Origin: Sphaerodactylus townsendi
Taxonomy: Eukaryota
Length of the DNA: 64,000 nucleotides
Direction of reading: 5' to 3'
Assembly: GCF_021028975.2 (NCBI RefSeq)
Contig: NC_059428.1
Location: 151,962,001-152,026,000 of the forward strand
This document shows, piece after piece, positions 52,151 to 64,000 of this stretch. The notes under the pieces were generated by a model that searched no databases, was not told the DNA's origin, and saw only the letters and a program-made list of their open reading frames with translations. Made by a program: the position numbers and the translations under genes. Each line of letters opens with the position of its first letter. Positions within the stretch are counted from its first letter, which is position 1.

Positions 52151-55100
52151 TCACACCGGTAGTGTGCTTGTGGATGAGGAATATTTGACCTCATCCCTTT
52201 GGGATGACCCCGCGTAATTGTCCCTTCTGGCAGCGAATTCTCCGACGTTGGGCAGCCCTGGCACCACGCAGCAGCTCAGAGCACTGCGGTAGATGCTCAT
52301 GTCGTGGGCGTCGTACCACTCGTCCGTTTTCTCATCGTAACACTCAACGTTGAATGTCGTCGTGAAGCCATTGAATCCGCCCACCACGAACAGCAGGTCG
52401 TCCACCACTTCGATGCCAAAATTGCTCCGGGGGTTGAACATGGTCGGGATGGTCCTCCAGGTGTTGGCGATTGGATTGTAAGCTTCTGCGCTCCGAAGGC
52501 GGTTGGCGCCATCAAATCCTCCCACCTGGAGACTCCAAAAAGACAGGGGAGTTGGTTGGCTTAGGAAAGCCGCTAGACCACTGAAGAATCAGTCCGTACC
52601 ACTAAAAACTTCCCCTCTATCAGTAAGGCACTTTATTTGTCACCATGAATGGTTCTTTGGTAGCCTTGCTCTGTTCAAAACTGCCACCTCGGCCTCTTGC
52701 AGTTCTTTCCCATTTGTTTCACCTGTTCTCCAAAAAGCTCAGAGCTTGGCACACACTCAGCACATACACTGTTTTTAGCCTCAATTAAATGTACGGTACT
52801 TCTGGTTTTATGCCTAATAAAGGTTTTTGGATTGGATTGGATTGGATTAGCCTCAAATACTGGAACCTCACATAAGGGATCTCATATATCAGGGGAAAAC
52901 CCATGTCCTCCTCAAGCCCTGGAGAGACATCAAGAGTCAGATCAGTCAGTAACGAGCTGAAGAAACCATGAACTCCAGGGCTTCTCAGGCCGCAATATGC
53001 CAACTACCTCTCTAGAAAAACCTTCTAGTTATTCTGCGTTTATCGCTGTTCACACACCACAGCTCAGCTGGCCTTGTGTTTACACCCAACTAAAGAAGGA
53101 GCAAACGCCATTCTCACCAATTTACTGCGGAAGAGTTACCACCAACGGCGCCTGCCCAAAGTCCAGTAAGAAGTCTGGTCCTACCGCGTAGACGTGCTCT
53201 CCGTAGGCAATGACGCCGATGCCGCTTCGCCTGCTTCTCATGGGCGCGATCAAACTCCACTGATCTACTTTAGCGTCGTACACTTCGGCTGTGAACAGGC
53301 ACTCGTTCCCGTTGAACCCACCACAGATGTAGACCTTTTTTTTTTCATTTTGAAGCCAAGCAAGGAGGAAAGACAGAAAATTACAGCGCTGTGAAGAATC
53401 AGAAAGCGCAAAGGAGTCGACTGCTACAGCATTGCCTTAAAGCAGTGATGGTGAACCTTTTCGAGACCGAATGTTCAAATTGCAACCCAAAACCCACTTA
53501 TTTATCACAAAGTGCCAACATGGCAATTTAACCTGAATACTGAGGTTTTAGTTTAGAAAAAACGGTTGGCTCCGAGGCATGTGTTACTTGGGAGTAAACT
53601 TGGTGAAGCAACCGTGCAACGCTTCGAATGTGTGAATCACGACCCTAGGAGGGTTTACTCAGAAGCAAGGCCAGTGTGTGTGGGGGGGATGATTTTCCAC
53701 TCCCCCTACATGATGAACTCTGTGTACGTGTGCCATAGGTTCGCCACCACTGCCTTAAGGTGATGTCTGATCAAAGCCTGAGATTAGACAAAAGAAATCT
53801 GGCAGGCATCAAGGTATATGTTTTAATTCTGTTGTAAATTTTTTAAAAATATCACTTGTTATCTTCTTGTCCAGGAAAATCTATAGGCCATCATAAGACT
53901 GGATAATTAAAGGGACTCGGCATGAAAATCTGGGATTGGGCCAAAGATCTAATTGTGTGGGTATATGAGAGTGACAGGGCCTTTTCAGTGGCAGACCCAC
54001 AGTTTTGGAACAACATGCACCCAGCCCCCGCACTCTTGGTCTCTAGGAAGCAGCTGAAGCCTGTTTGATTCAAAGCAGCATCCGATTAGTTCTTCCTATC
54101 AGTAGTTTCGAATGATTGATTTTAACTAGTAGTTTTCACGTACTGCAATGTACTGTACTTGGGGCTACCCTTGAAGGGTGTTTGCAAGCTGTGACTAGTG
54201 CAGAATGACGTTGCTGTGAACACACCGGCTACCAAGCTGCTCCTGAACCCAATGTAAGGTTTTGGTTTCGACTGACTTGGGAATGAGATATCTGAAGGAC
54301 CATCTTCCCCTCTATGTTCCTGCCCATGAATTAACACAGGGAGAGGTCTCTCTTGACTGCCAAACAATAAAACAAGCTTGTTTGGTGGTACACGAGACAG
54401 GGCCTTCTCAGTGTCAGCCCCAAAAGACGTGGCCAATGGTGTCAAAGCATGAGATAGGGCAGCCCTGCACACACACTTCCACTGGACCCTTGCTCATGAC
54501 CGGGTTACCTTTCCATACAGGGTGGTGGCGCTTGCATCGCTCCTCTGCTCATGCATGGGGGCAATTAGTGTCCACTGGTTGGTCTCGGGCTCGTACCTCT
54601 CGGCCGTGTTGAGACGCACGTAGCCGTCAAAGCCACCCATGGCGTAGATGAAGTTGTCGAGGACGGTGACGCTCACGTAGCAGCGCCGGGAGTGCATGGG
54701 GGCCACTTGGTGCCACGTCTTCTTGACAGGCTCAAACCTTTTGACGCTGTTGAAATAGTCCACGCTGTCGAAGCCGCCGATGATATAAACATAGCCCTTT
54801 AAGTAGGCGGAGCCATGGTACGCTCGGGGACTCTCCTGCTGACACGTGACGTTCACCCAGCGGTCAGCACGGGCGTCGTACGTTTCAATGGCATTTGTGG
54901 GGCTCCCACCACTCCAACCGCCGATGGCGAACAAGATGGCGTACGGCAGTCGGGGCCTCGTCAGTGGGTTGGTGAAGTCGGAACTCGACGGGCCATTCAT
55001 ATTGAGGTCGTACATGGCTTTCAGGGCATCAATGATGATAGGTTTGCACTCCTCGCTGTCTTTCACGTAGTCGTGCATTTTGACATTGTTCATGAAATAT

Positions 55101-57984
55101 TCGGCATGCATCAAAGCCAGGCGGACCTACAGGAAGAGAGAGTGATAGTTGCAAACGAGGGAGGACGAGCACAAAGCACAGCTGGAATATGGAACATGGG
55201 TATGTAAGTAGATGTAGGCAGAGTGGTGTCGTGGTTAAGAGCAGGTGCAGTCTAATCTGGAGAACCGGGTTTGATTCCCCACTCTGTCACTTGAGCTGTG
55301 GAGGCTTATCTGGTGAGCCAGATTAGCTTGTGCACTCCGACACATGCCAGCTGGGTGACCTTGGACGAGTCACAGTTCTTCGGAGCTCTTTCAGCCCCCA
55401 CCTACCTCACAGGGCGTTTGTTGTGGGGGTGGAAGGGGAAGGAGATTGTAAGCCCCTTTGAGTATCCTTACAGGAGAGAAAGGGGGGATATAAATCCAAC
55501 ACTGCTTCTTCAAAAAATGTCAGACCTTCCATGTTAATCCCTCCTCACCTTGCCTTGCTCAGACATGTAAGGCCGCCCAAATAGTTGCAATGGATAAAAG
55601 ACAATATCTTGATCCCTCCCAATCTCGCTTGTATCCAAATCTCCGCCTTCACCATGAGCAGCTAAGTGAACGCTACTCCCTGTACTCACAGTGTGTCAGA
55701 TCTTAAGTCTGAAGTCAATAAACAGGCACTTGATGCTTGATCAGAACACTTTATTGAATGCAACGGGTACCTGGCTTTTGCCAAGCCAGTTCTGCTGGGC
55801 TACGGAAATGCAGTTACATTTATCCATTTAGGTTTCCCGCCATAAAGCCCCCTCCTGTTTTCCCACGGTGTATGAGAACCACACAACAGAAAGAAAGATA
55901 TTTGGGAGTCGAGCATCTCAAGGACAGTGTCCAGCCACCTGCCGCCTCCCCCGTCAAGGAAGGCGGCAGAGTTGTCTCTAGTTAAACTACAGTTGCAAGC
56001 ATCAAAGGAAAACAAAAGAACAGAAAAGATCCATTAACATATCAGAGGTGAAGACAGCTTCCCCCTCTGCATAGGCAGGTGTGAATTCTTGCACCTAGTC
56101 TCCATAATTGATGTCAAGCCCCATCCTGACACACTGACTGCAAAGACCACACAGACCAAGGGATAAGGGTGAGGTCTCAGTGTCTTGCTGAGATCATAAA
56201 TCATCCTACAGTCCAGGGGCGTCCAACTCTGGCTCTCCAGATGTGCATGGACAATGATGTCCAACAGCCTCTGTGAGCCTTCAAGCATTCAAGAGTCACT
56301 GTAGTGCAGTAGTTAGAATGCTGACAAGGATCTTGAAGACCCAGGTTCAAATTCCCACGGTTCCACAGATGGTATGGTATAGTAATTTAATTTCTATACC
56401 ACCCTCCCTGGGAGGGCTCAGGGAGGTAATCTTAGGCCAGTCTAACCTACCTCAGAGAGCTGTTGTGAGGATAAAAATGGAGCCAGGGAGAATGTTGTAA
56501 ACCATTTTGAAGTGTGGGAAGTGGGGAATGAAGTGAATAAATAAAAACATTCTTGTAAAGCTGGCTGGGAAGTGGCTATTGTGGGTTTTCCAGTCTGTGT
56601 GGTCTTGTGCCAGCCACAGAAGCAGGCAAAACATTAGAACCAAAAAGTACCAGACCACAGCCACACAGCCTGAAAAATCCACAAAGTCCAGCTGATTCCA
56701 GCTGTGAAAGTCTTCGACAATACATTGGCTGGAAAGATTCAACCCGCAGGCCACAAGCAAGGAAAATTGAGCCAGTAGGAAGCACTAACCTTGGGTAGTA
56801 GAAATGCCATGTGCTGTTTCCTGTTCTGGGGATCGTGAGTGATCCACTTGAGGATGGCTTCGAAAACCGCGTCTTCCTGCTTCACGTTGAGTTCGTCCTT
56901 CTCAATGATGTCTTGAAACTCACTGACCGAGAGCTCCAGGAATTCAGTTGACGCTTTCACCATCTCCTCGAAGTTGTGCAGGATGAACATGTAGGCTGTC
57001 TGCCGCAGATCGGGGCAGTAGTAGTATTCCGTGAACTTACAGATGCCGATACAATTCTCCAGGCACAGCTGGCTTTTCATGAAGTCGGAACAAGCCCTGA
57101 CGATGCCCATCACGTTGAACTGGTCAGCGGCCACGAAGAGCCTCTCCACGTTATCCACGGTGATAGGCACTGTCCTTGTGTAGGCATACTCAATTATGAG
57201 CTTCATCATGTCTGGAGTGATGCCAGGGATATTATAAACCCTCTTCTCTGTATTGTTCCAGCTACTGGTAAAGAGAGCTCTGGAGGGGGAAAGGACACAA
57301 CTGCTGCTCATGGTTTTTGGTCACCAGGAGATTCAGGGCAGGCAGAAGCAGTGATTACTTTGCATTGGTGATTACTTTGCATCAATTCACAGTTACTACT
57401 TTGCATCAATTCACTTTAGGAATATGCCTCCATGAAATGTGAGGAAGATCTATAGGCTTAGATGGCTTTAAAGGGGGATTAGACAAATTTGCAGAGGGCA
57501 GACCAACTAAAGGGAATCCTCCCACCCCCAATGCAAAGGGAAGGATTTCTAAATGCTGGACAAACCATGTGGCAGGGGGAAATTGTTGCGTTTCAAGCTT
57601 ACTGGGCTTTCGGGGAGCTGAGCAGACCTTCAGCCAGATCCAGCATGGCTCTTATGTTCCCCGAGCTCATTTCCTCTGTACAGGTGACCGGAGGAAGTCA
57701 ATGGGCCTGCTAAGTCCCTCCCCCAAGATGCCAATCCCCATTCCTAACCACTCTCATCTTTGGTGCTCCATCTCTTGAGTACTCCGGGGCACTGACCGAA
57801 AATAGGAGCTGCAGCTGCAGAGGATGTTCTTGTGGGCGTTGAACTCGCAGCCGTTGACTTTGATGATCACGTCGCAGAGTTTCCCTTCCAGCCGCAGCTC
57901 GTTGAAGACCGTACAAGCCATGGCACTCATCTTCCTCTCCATGTGGCAGTGGGAGTACCCCGCTGAAGCAGAGGCATCGTCCAT
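52151..57984 (-). CDS. KLHL10: Kelch-like protein 10 (BTB-BACK-Kelch CUL3 adaptor), complete, 5 exons, 606 aa
   Basis: Exons 57797-57984, 56790-57279, 54509-55126, 53185-53334 and 52151-52525, totalling 1821 nt. Peptides HMERKMSAMACTVFNELRLEGKLCDV, LTRPRLPYAILFAIGGWSGGSPTNAIE and RDEVKYSSSTSTLPV* are near-identical to recalled mammalian KLHL10. Confidence 0.96.
53443..53752. mobile_element. Non-autonomous hAT element (TIR CAGTGRTGGYGAACCT)
   Basis: TIRs with 8-bp TSD CCTTAAAG/CCTTAAGG, in KLHL10 intron 3. Confidence 0.88.
55220..55510 (+). mobile_element. Squam3-type SINE
   Basis: Full-length copy in KLHL10 intron 2. Confidence 0.85.
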
Positions 57985-58560
57985 TTTTTTTTCGAGGTGG
58001 GGGGAGGGCAGAAGAAAGAGCGGCCGGGCTTTCCACTTAACCCTCCCCTTGGGGAAAAAAACTGTGATTGGTTCAGAGGTTCCAGAACCCTTCTCATAAT
58101 GGGATCCCCCTTGACAATGACCACCTTCTAGAATCTCAGCTGCCCTGTTCAGAGGGCCTTGCTCAGAGTAGACAACTGCGAGTGAGATTTGGATACCCTT
58201 TCCCATGCGTTTAAATAAAAATCACATCCTCGCAAAGGCAAATTGTTCTGTGGCAAACTGTGGTGCACAAGGGTTGCAGTGCAGCCACGAGTTTTGTCAA
58301 AAATACTGAGAAGCCGTTGCACGCAGCCCACGCCCTTGGTGTGCCGTATATCAAGTTAAGAGTGGGCCCAAACATAAATTTTGGCGCAACTGCTTTCATT
58401 TGCACTGAGCAATTCAGAACCTTTTAAATGTGATTAGATATTGCTCAAATGCTGGAATAGTGGTTTTGAAAATCCAGTGTATTCCCTTGTCTCTCTCAAA
58501 CATAGCCACTGAATAGGTACAGAGTACTGAAGGGGTACGGGCAAGGCTACTTTCTGGATA

Positions 58561-58850
58561 AAGAAGAAGAATGGATTCATGTCCCCCCCTTTCTCTCCTG
58601 TAAGGAGACTCAAGGTGGCTTACATGCTCCTTTCCCTTCCTCACCCCACTACAGACACTTTGTGAGGTAGGTGGGGCTGAGTGTCCTGAAAGAACTGTGG
58701 CTAGTCCAAGGTCACCCAGCAGGAATGTAGAAGTGTGGAAACACATTAGGTTCACCAGATAAGCCTCAGTCACTCAGGTGGAGAAGTGGGGAATCAAACC
58801 CGGTTCTCCAGATTAGAGTGCACCTGCTCTTTACCACTACACATGCTGGC
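58561..58850 (-). mobile_element. Squam3-type SINE
   Basis: Full-length copy upstream of KLHL10. Confidence 0.85.
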
Positions 58851-60726
58851 AAGGGTATTCCATGAGCCAGGGCTGTGCAGTACCTATTCTGATCTCATGC
58901 ACACTTCTGTTTTTCACCCCACTTCAGGACATTATTTTTACACTGCCATGCATAGGATTCAAGAGACACATTTATAACAGCAGCGCTGGTGTTAGGTGGG
59001 AACGTTGGACTGCAAAGTTACCAAGCGAAGGCTAATAGCTTAATATTATAAGAATGCAAGACCAATTCAGACGGGGTTTCCAAAAGAACAGTTACAAGAA
59101 GTGACATCGTAATGCTGTGCTTCGTGGTGCTTATTAGATCTCACACACGACATGCTTTTACTGAGATGCCCAGCATGCCGTTCACCTCTCATACCCCTAC
59201 GGATTTGCAAGGTAGCTAGTTCTATGCAACACGGTTTGGTAAGAATACTAAAGATCTGGCAAAATTTGGCAGAAAGTTACCAGGACGAAAGATGAAATTG
59301 AAGGTTTCACAGAGGTCGATGTAGTTCCCTTGAAAGCTAGCACATGGTCACTCTTTAAAGAAGGCAGGCTTTGTAAGCTGAAAAGATGAATTTATTGTCT
59401 GGTGACAAGGAACCGGGGATTACAAAGCATTCCAATTTCAACCTTGTTTATGCAGCCGAGACAAAACATCCACGCGATTCAAGCACAATTTCAAGTCCTA
59501 CAACCTGAAAACATTGCTTTAAGAAGGGTGTGACAGCAGAGTCAGGCTGAAGGAACTAACTGTGTTCAACAGAGAAAGAAAGTGATTAAGGGAAGCCGCG
59601 CATCTTCGAACACTGCCTAGATGGACCGCCAAAAAGCCCACTTTCAAAGGAAAAAAAAATATCAGGCCAACTTGGAAGAGAACTAAATGATCCTGCTTCT
59701 GGTTGCTATGTTATGAAAAGATTATCAGAGGGAAATGTCAGAACTTGGCCACTCAGCAAACTAATTTGCCAGCTGCCATGCTTTCTATCTTCATTTATTC
59801 TTCATGGGACTAGGAAGACGGTCTATGACTAGGATGGTGTAGTGTTTACACAAGGACTGGGCACACTTAGATTCAAAATCCCCACTCTGCTACTAAACTC
59901 AGTGGGTGACCCTGGACCACTCATTGTCTCTCCAGGATTGTTGGAAGGATAAAAGGGGTATTTGCCACAAGGAACTCTTTGGCTGGGACAAAAACGTACA
60001 AGATAGGCAGATCGATTTCCTTGGAAACTCCCTGTTCTAGTAAGACATTTTCCTTAGACTGGCCCTGAAGCCACTGTCTCCTTCTTTAACCAGTAGTCTT
60101 CGCTCCACAGGGAAATTAATATAGGAATCTGGCTTGGAATTACACGGCCAAGAGCAGATTTTGCCGCTTCCTTTTTTGAGGAATAAATCCAGGTGATGCT
60201 TTGAAGTCTATGGATTACAGTTGGAGTGCATTTATGCCAAACCAATAAGGAAGTCCAGACAAAGCACCAAGAAGTAAAATCTGCTTTGTTCTTTTAATTC
60301 AGGATATACAGAGAGAGGGATGGAAAAAGAATGGGCTGCTGCTCAAATCAGACTTCCCCAAGCGGCACTTCTTTCTGACAAAGAAGTACATTTTGCAGGA
60401 GCACAATAAGAACTCTTGATACGGCGACCTTGAAAACAGAAATAAATTGGAGAGACTCTCCAGGATGGGTTTTGCACGCATACAAAAAGTTTCCCTGAGC
60501 ATTGTAAGTTTCATTTCTTTTCAGGCAGTGCAGGAAGATCCCTTTTCTTGACACTATCAGCCCCATCGAGCTCTTTTATGCAACCTTCCACAACACCAGC
60601 AATTATAGCTTCACACCTCTCACCAATACAGAACACTGTCATTCCCAGCCCTCAATAACCTTGTGGATGGAGCCCTCAAGAACCTCGTGGGATACAATTT
60701 TGCAGCTGCAAGCGCTCTTCTTGGCT

Positions 60727-63700
60727 TCAGGTGTACTCGCAGAGATGGCCGCATCCTGCCGGGCAGTGTGAGCTGGTCTCTAACCATTTCATGATGTGTT
60801 GCAGATGCCCGCCATGACTGCAGCCCTGGCACCACACGAACAGGCCCTTCACCACATGGTGGCACACGGCACACATGCTGGCACACTGCCGACACCTGAA
60901 GAGAGACCATAGGATGAATCAAATGAACAGAGAGACTGGGCCGCATCCTCCTTCAGATACAGCTCAGATTCCAGAACAATCAGCAAGACTGCCAGGGTCA
61001 CTGGGGAAGCAAAGGGAACCGGAGGCAATCTAACCAGTGAGGTCCCATCCGAAGTAATGCAGAAGAGAAGAACAAGAATTTGGATTTATACCTTGCTTTT
61101 CTCTTCTGTAAGAGGACTCGAGGTGGTTTACAAACTTCTTTCTCCCCTGCCCCCCTTCCCACAACAGACACCTTGTGAGATCAGTGGGGCTAAGAGAGTT
61201 CTGAAGGAACTGTGGCTAGCCCAAAGTCACCCAGCAGGAATCTAAGAGTGGAGAAAGAAATCTGGTTTACTAGATAAGAGTCTGCCACTCAGGTGGAGGA
61301 GTGGGGAATCAAACCTGGTTCTCCAGATTAGAGTGCACCTGCTCTTAACCACTACGCCATGCTGGCTCTCTGCTGAGCAACTTCACATATCCAGGGGACT
61401 ATGAAACTAGGCCTCTTTTCCCAGACATCTCACCTGTCACAAATCCAGCCCTTGTTGCTCATGGGCCGCTTACAATTGCTGCAGTTGATGTGAAGCGTGG
61501 TGGAAGCCTGGTTGAGGCAGTTGATGGCTCTGCACGTGCTCAGTTTGATCACCTCATTGGAGATGTTCCACAGCTGGAAGCGCTGTAGCAGGTCAATGTA
61601 GGAAGTGTACCAGTGTTCCTGCAGAATTAAGGCAAGCCTACGGTCATTTTTCCGCCTCTAAAAATGTCCCTCCATCTCCCTCTTGGGACTCAAGGCTTCC
61701 TGCTATAGTGACTTTTCAAACACATCAAACACAGAATGTACAACCTGTAATTAATTTATGCACTATAACATAGGTTTGACACATTCATTCCCTGGGGGTT
61801 AAAAATGTAGAATTGTAGAATCATAGAGCTGGAAGAGACCATAAAGGCCATCCAGTCCAACACCCTGTTATGCAGGAATAAACAATCAAAGCACTCTTGA
61901 CAGATGGCCATCCAGCCTCTGTGTAAAAACCTCCAAAGGAATCCACCACACTCTGAGACAGCATATTCCACTATCAAACAGCCTACACTGACAGAAAGTT
62001 GTTCCTGATGTTTAGGTGGATCTCTTCTCCTATACCTTGAATCCACTGCTCCTTGTCCTAGTTTCTAGAGCAGCAGAAAACAAGCTTGCTCCCTCTTCAA
62101 CATGACCTCCCTTCAAATATGTAAACATGGCTATCACGTCACCCCTCAACTTACTCATCTCCAGATTAAACATACCCAGCTCCCTAAGCCATTCCTCATA
62201 GGCACTGATTCGTTCGTTTCCTCATCCACCCTGCAGGATATCTAAATCTTCCTGTTTCTAATGAAACAAGTGGTTTTCCACAGCAGGGAGCCTACAGGAG
62301 TCTATGTGGAACATAATTCAAAACCAAAACACAACACCTATTACAAATTGAAGATATATATATAACTCCCTATATATAACTCCCTAACTCCCTATAACTC
62401 CGTATATACAGGGCTAAAGAGGATTTATTTTCAGATTACTTATAAAATTTAATTGGATGAATTAATTTTAGGGCTGCATAATTATTATTGTAATGAATTT
62501 ATGTTTTTTTAGGATGTGTCTTTTTTCTTGGAATTGGGATTCCAATAACAATAAACTATTACTCTACTGTATATAAAGAGAGAGATTTAAAAAGAAATAA
62601 GCAGGAGCCAGAGTGCGATGCTTTACTAGGCTTCCTCAAGAGTCCACCTCTCCTCTGGATGGGGAAAGAGAAGAAGAAAGGATCGCATTCCCATCATACT
62701 GCAGATCTGGCAGGCTGGACTTGGTCCACAGAAAGACGCGACCAAGGTTCCCTGAACCTGAAGTTTGAACAAATTCAGCATTTTTTTTAATAGGATGGAT
62801 TTCATTTGCATAGAAAATAATCTTTGGATTTGTGCTGTGAAAAAGCTCCACACACGACTAGGTCAGAAAGACCTTTGGTCCTGTTCTTTCAAATCCACCG
62901 CAGAGGAACCTGGCTGAAATTCAAACACCTTTAAAAGTCATTCTTACAGGTTCAGTTGCTTTACTGCATGCGACTGTTACCCTGCTGTTATTTTTTAAGT
63001 TGTTATTTTGCTCGTAATCGTATCATATCTCCACTGTTATTCAATTGCCTTAAATACACCAGTCATGGATGGTCCTTTTTATTCTCTTTTAGCTTTTATA
63101 CTTTTTCTTCACATCCTCTCTAATAATTATATTTGGTCACTGACCATAAATAAAGAAGAAGAAGAAGAAGAAGAAGAAGAAGAAGAAGAAGAAGAAGAGG
63201 AGGAGGAGGAGGAGTAGTTTGGATTTATATCCCCCCTTTCTCTCCTGTAGGAGACTCAAAGGGGCTTACAATCTCCTTGCCCTTCCCCCCTCACAACAAA
63301 CACCCTGTGAGGTGGGTGGGGCTGAGAGAGCTCCGAGAAGCTGTGACTAGCCCAAGGTCACCCAGCTGGCGTGTGTGGGAATGTACAGGCTAACCTGAAT
63401 TCCCCAGATAAGCCTCCACAGCTCAGGCGGCAGAGCTGGGAATCAAACCCGGTTCCTCCAGATTAGATACACGAGCTCTTAACCTCCTACACCACTGCTG
63501 CTCCCTCTTCTCCTCTAATAATTGCATTTCAAAAATAAAGTCCCTCTTCTTCTCCTCTGATAATTGCATTTCAAAAATCTACCTATTTCAGTTAAGCTAC
63601 TTGGTCTGTGTCCTCCTTACTGCTTTAGTACCATCCACTGGGCTAATCTACAAAGGAGAGGCACCCCAAATGCTTGTGTCCACACCTTCCCATCTAAGGT

Positions 63701-64000
63701 GGTACCTGTGCCTGGTCATCAATCTCCTTCCGGATGCGGTCCCCCAACACGATAAGCACAGACACTGCCATCTGCACGTCCCCCTGTTCGGCGTAGAAGA
63801 GCAGCATGTCACGGACAATGGGATTGAAGAAGTCGGTGGGCAGGCGGTTTTCATACAGCGAATGAGAGATGGAGATAAGGGAGAAGGATTCTACAGGTGT
63901 CAGGGACACGGTCTCGGCCTCGTTGCCGCTGACGTGAGGGGAGTCTGCTTTGTCCTGCAGATGATCTAGGGCTGAGGGGTTGTCCACGATCTCGTGCCGC
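60727..64000 (-). CDS. WDR24: GATOR2 subunit WDR24, last three coding exons with the C-terminal Zn/RING region (5' part outside the window)
   Basis: Exons 63706-64000+ ([19 protein letters not shown]), 61434-61618 ([18 protein letters not shown]...[14 protein letters not shown]) and 60727-60895 ([34 protein letters not shown]...[12 protein letters not shown]). Confidence 0.96.
61042..61371 (-). mobile_element. Squam3-type SINE
   Basis: Copy in the last WDR24 intron. Confidence 0.8.
61810..62203 (-). mobile_element. CR1 LINE 3' end
   Basis: Same family as 48487-48905. Confidence 0.8.
63154..63503 (-). mobile_element. Squam3-type SINE, young subfamily, with a (GAA)n(GAG)n tail
   Basis: Near-identical to 29939-30237. 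Confidence 0.85.

Noticed and set aside
57985-58206. In-frame upstream ATG extending KLHL10 by 74 aa
   Set aside because: No similarity to the recalled orthologue, and the frame depends on homopolymer lengths.

Overview
Vertebrate genomic DNA, almost certainly from a gecko (dense tRNA-derived Squam3-type SINEs with (CTT)n tails, CR1, hAT and Harbinger MITEs, Penelope-like fragments). By manual splicing I find six intron-containing genes. In order: the 3' end of RADIL (+); complete AP5Z1 (-, 17 coding exons, 809 aa); complete STUB1/CHIP (+, 7 exons, 328 aa); JMJD8 (-, 9 coding exons, exon 2 garbled in an error-rich stretch); complete KLHL10 (-, 5 exons, 606 aa); and the 3' end of WDR24 (-). 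Gene identities and mammalian gene order are from my recall of the human orthologues, not from a search. Most notable: (1) KLHL10 sits, introns intact, between WDR24 and JMJD8, which are neighbours in human. (2) AP5Z1 and STUB1 are head-to-head on one CpG island, and AP5Z1 appears to use an extra non-coding first exon next to a minisatellite of splice-donor-like motifs. (3) Penelope-like remnants carry minimal hammerhead ribozyme motifs. (4) Two hAT elements resemble horizontally transferred families. (5) A probable assembly artefact scrambles JMJD8 exon 2. I see no evidence of a wholly new multi-gene system; the candidate novelty is in genome organisation.
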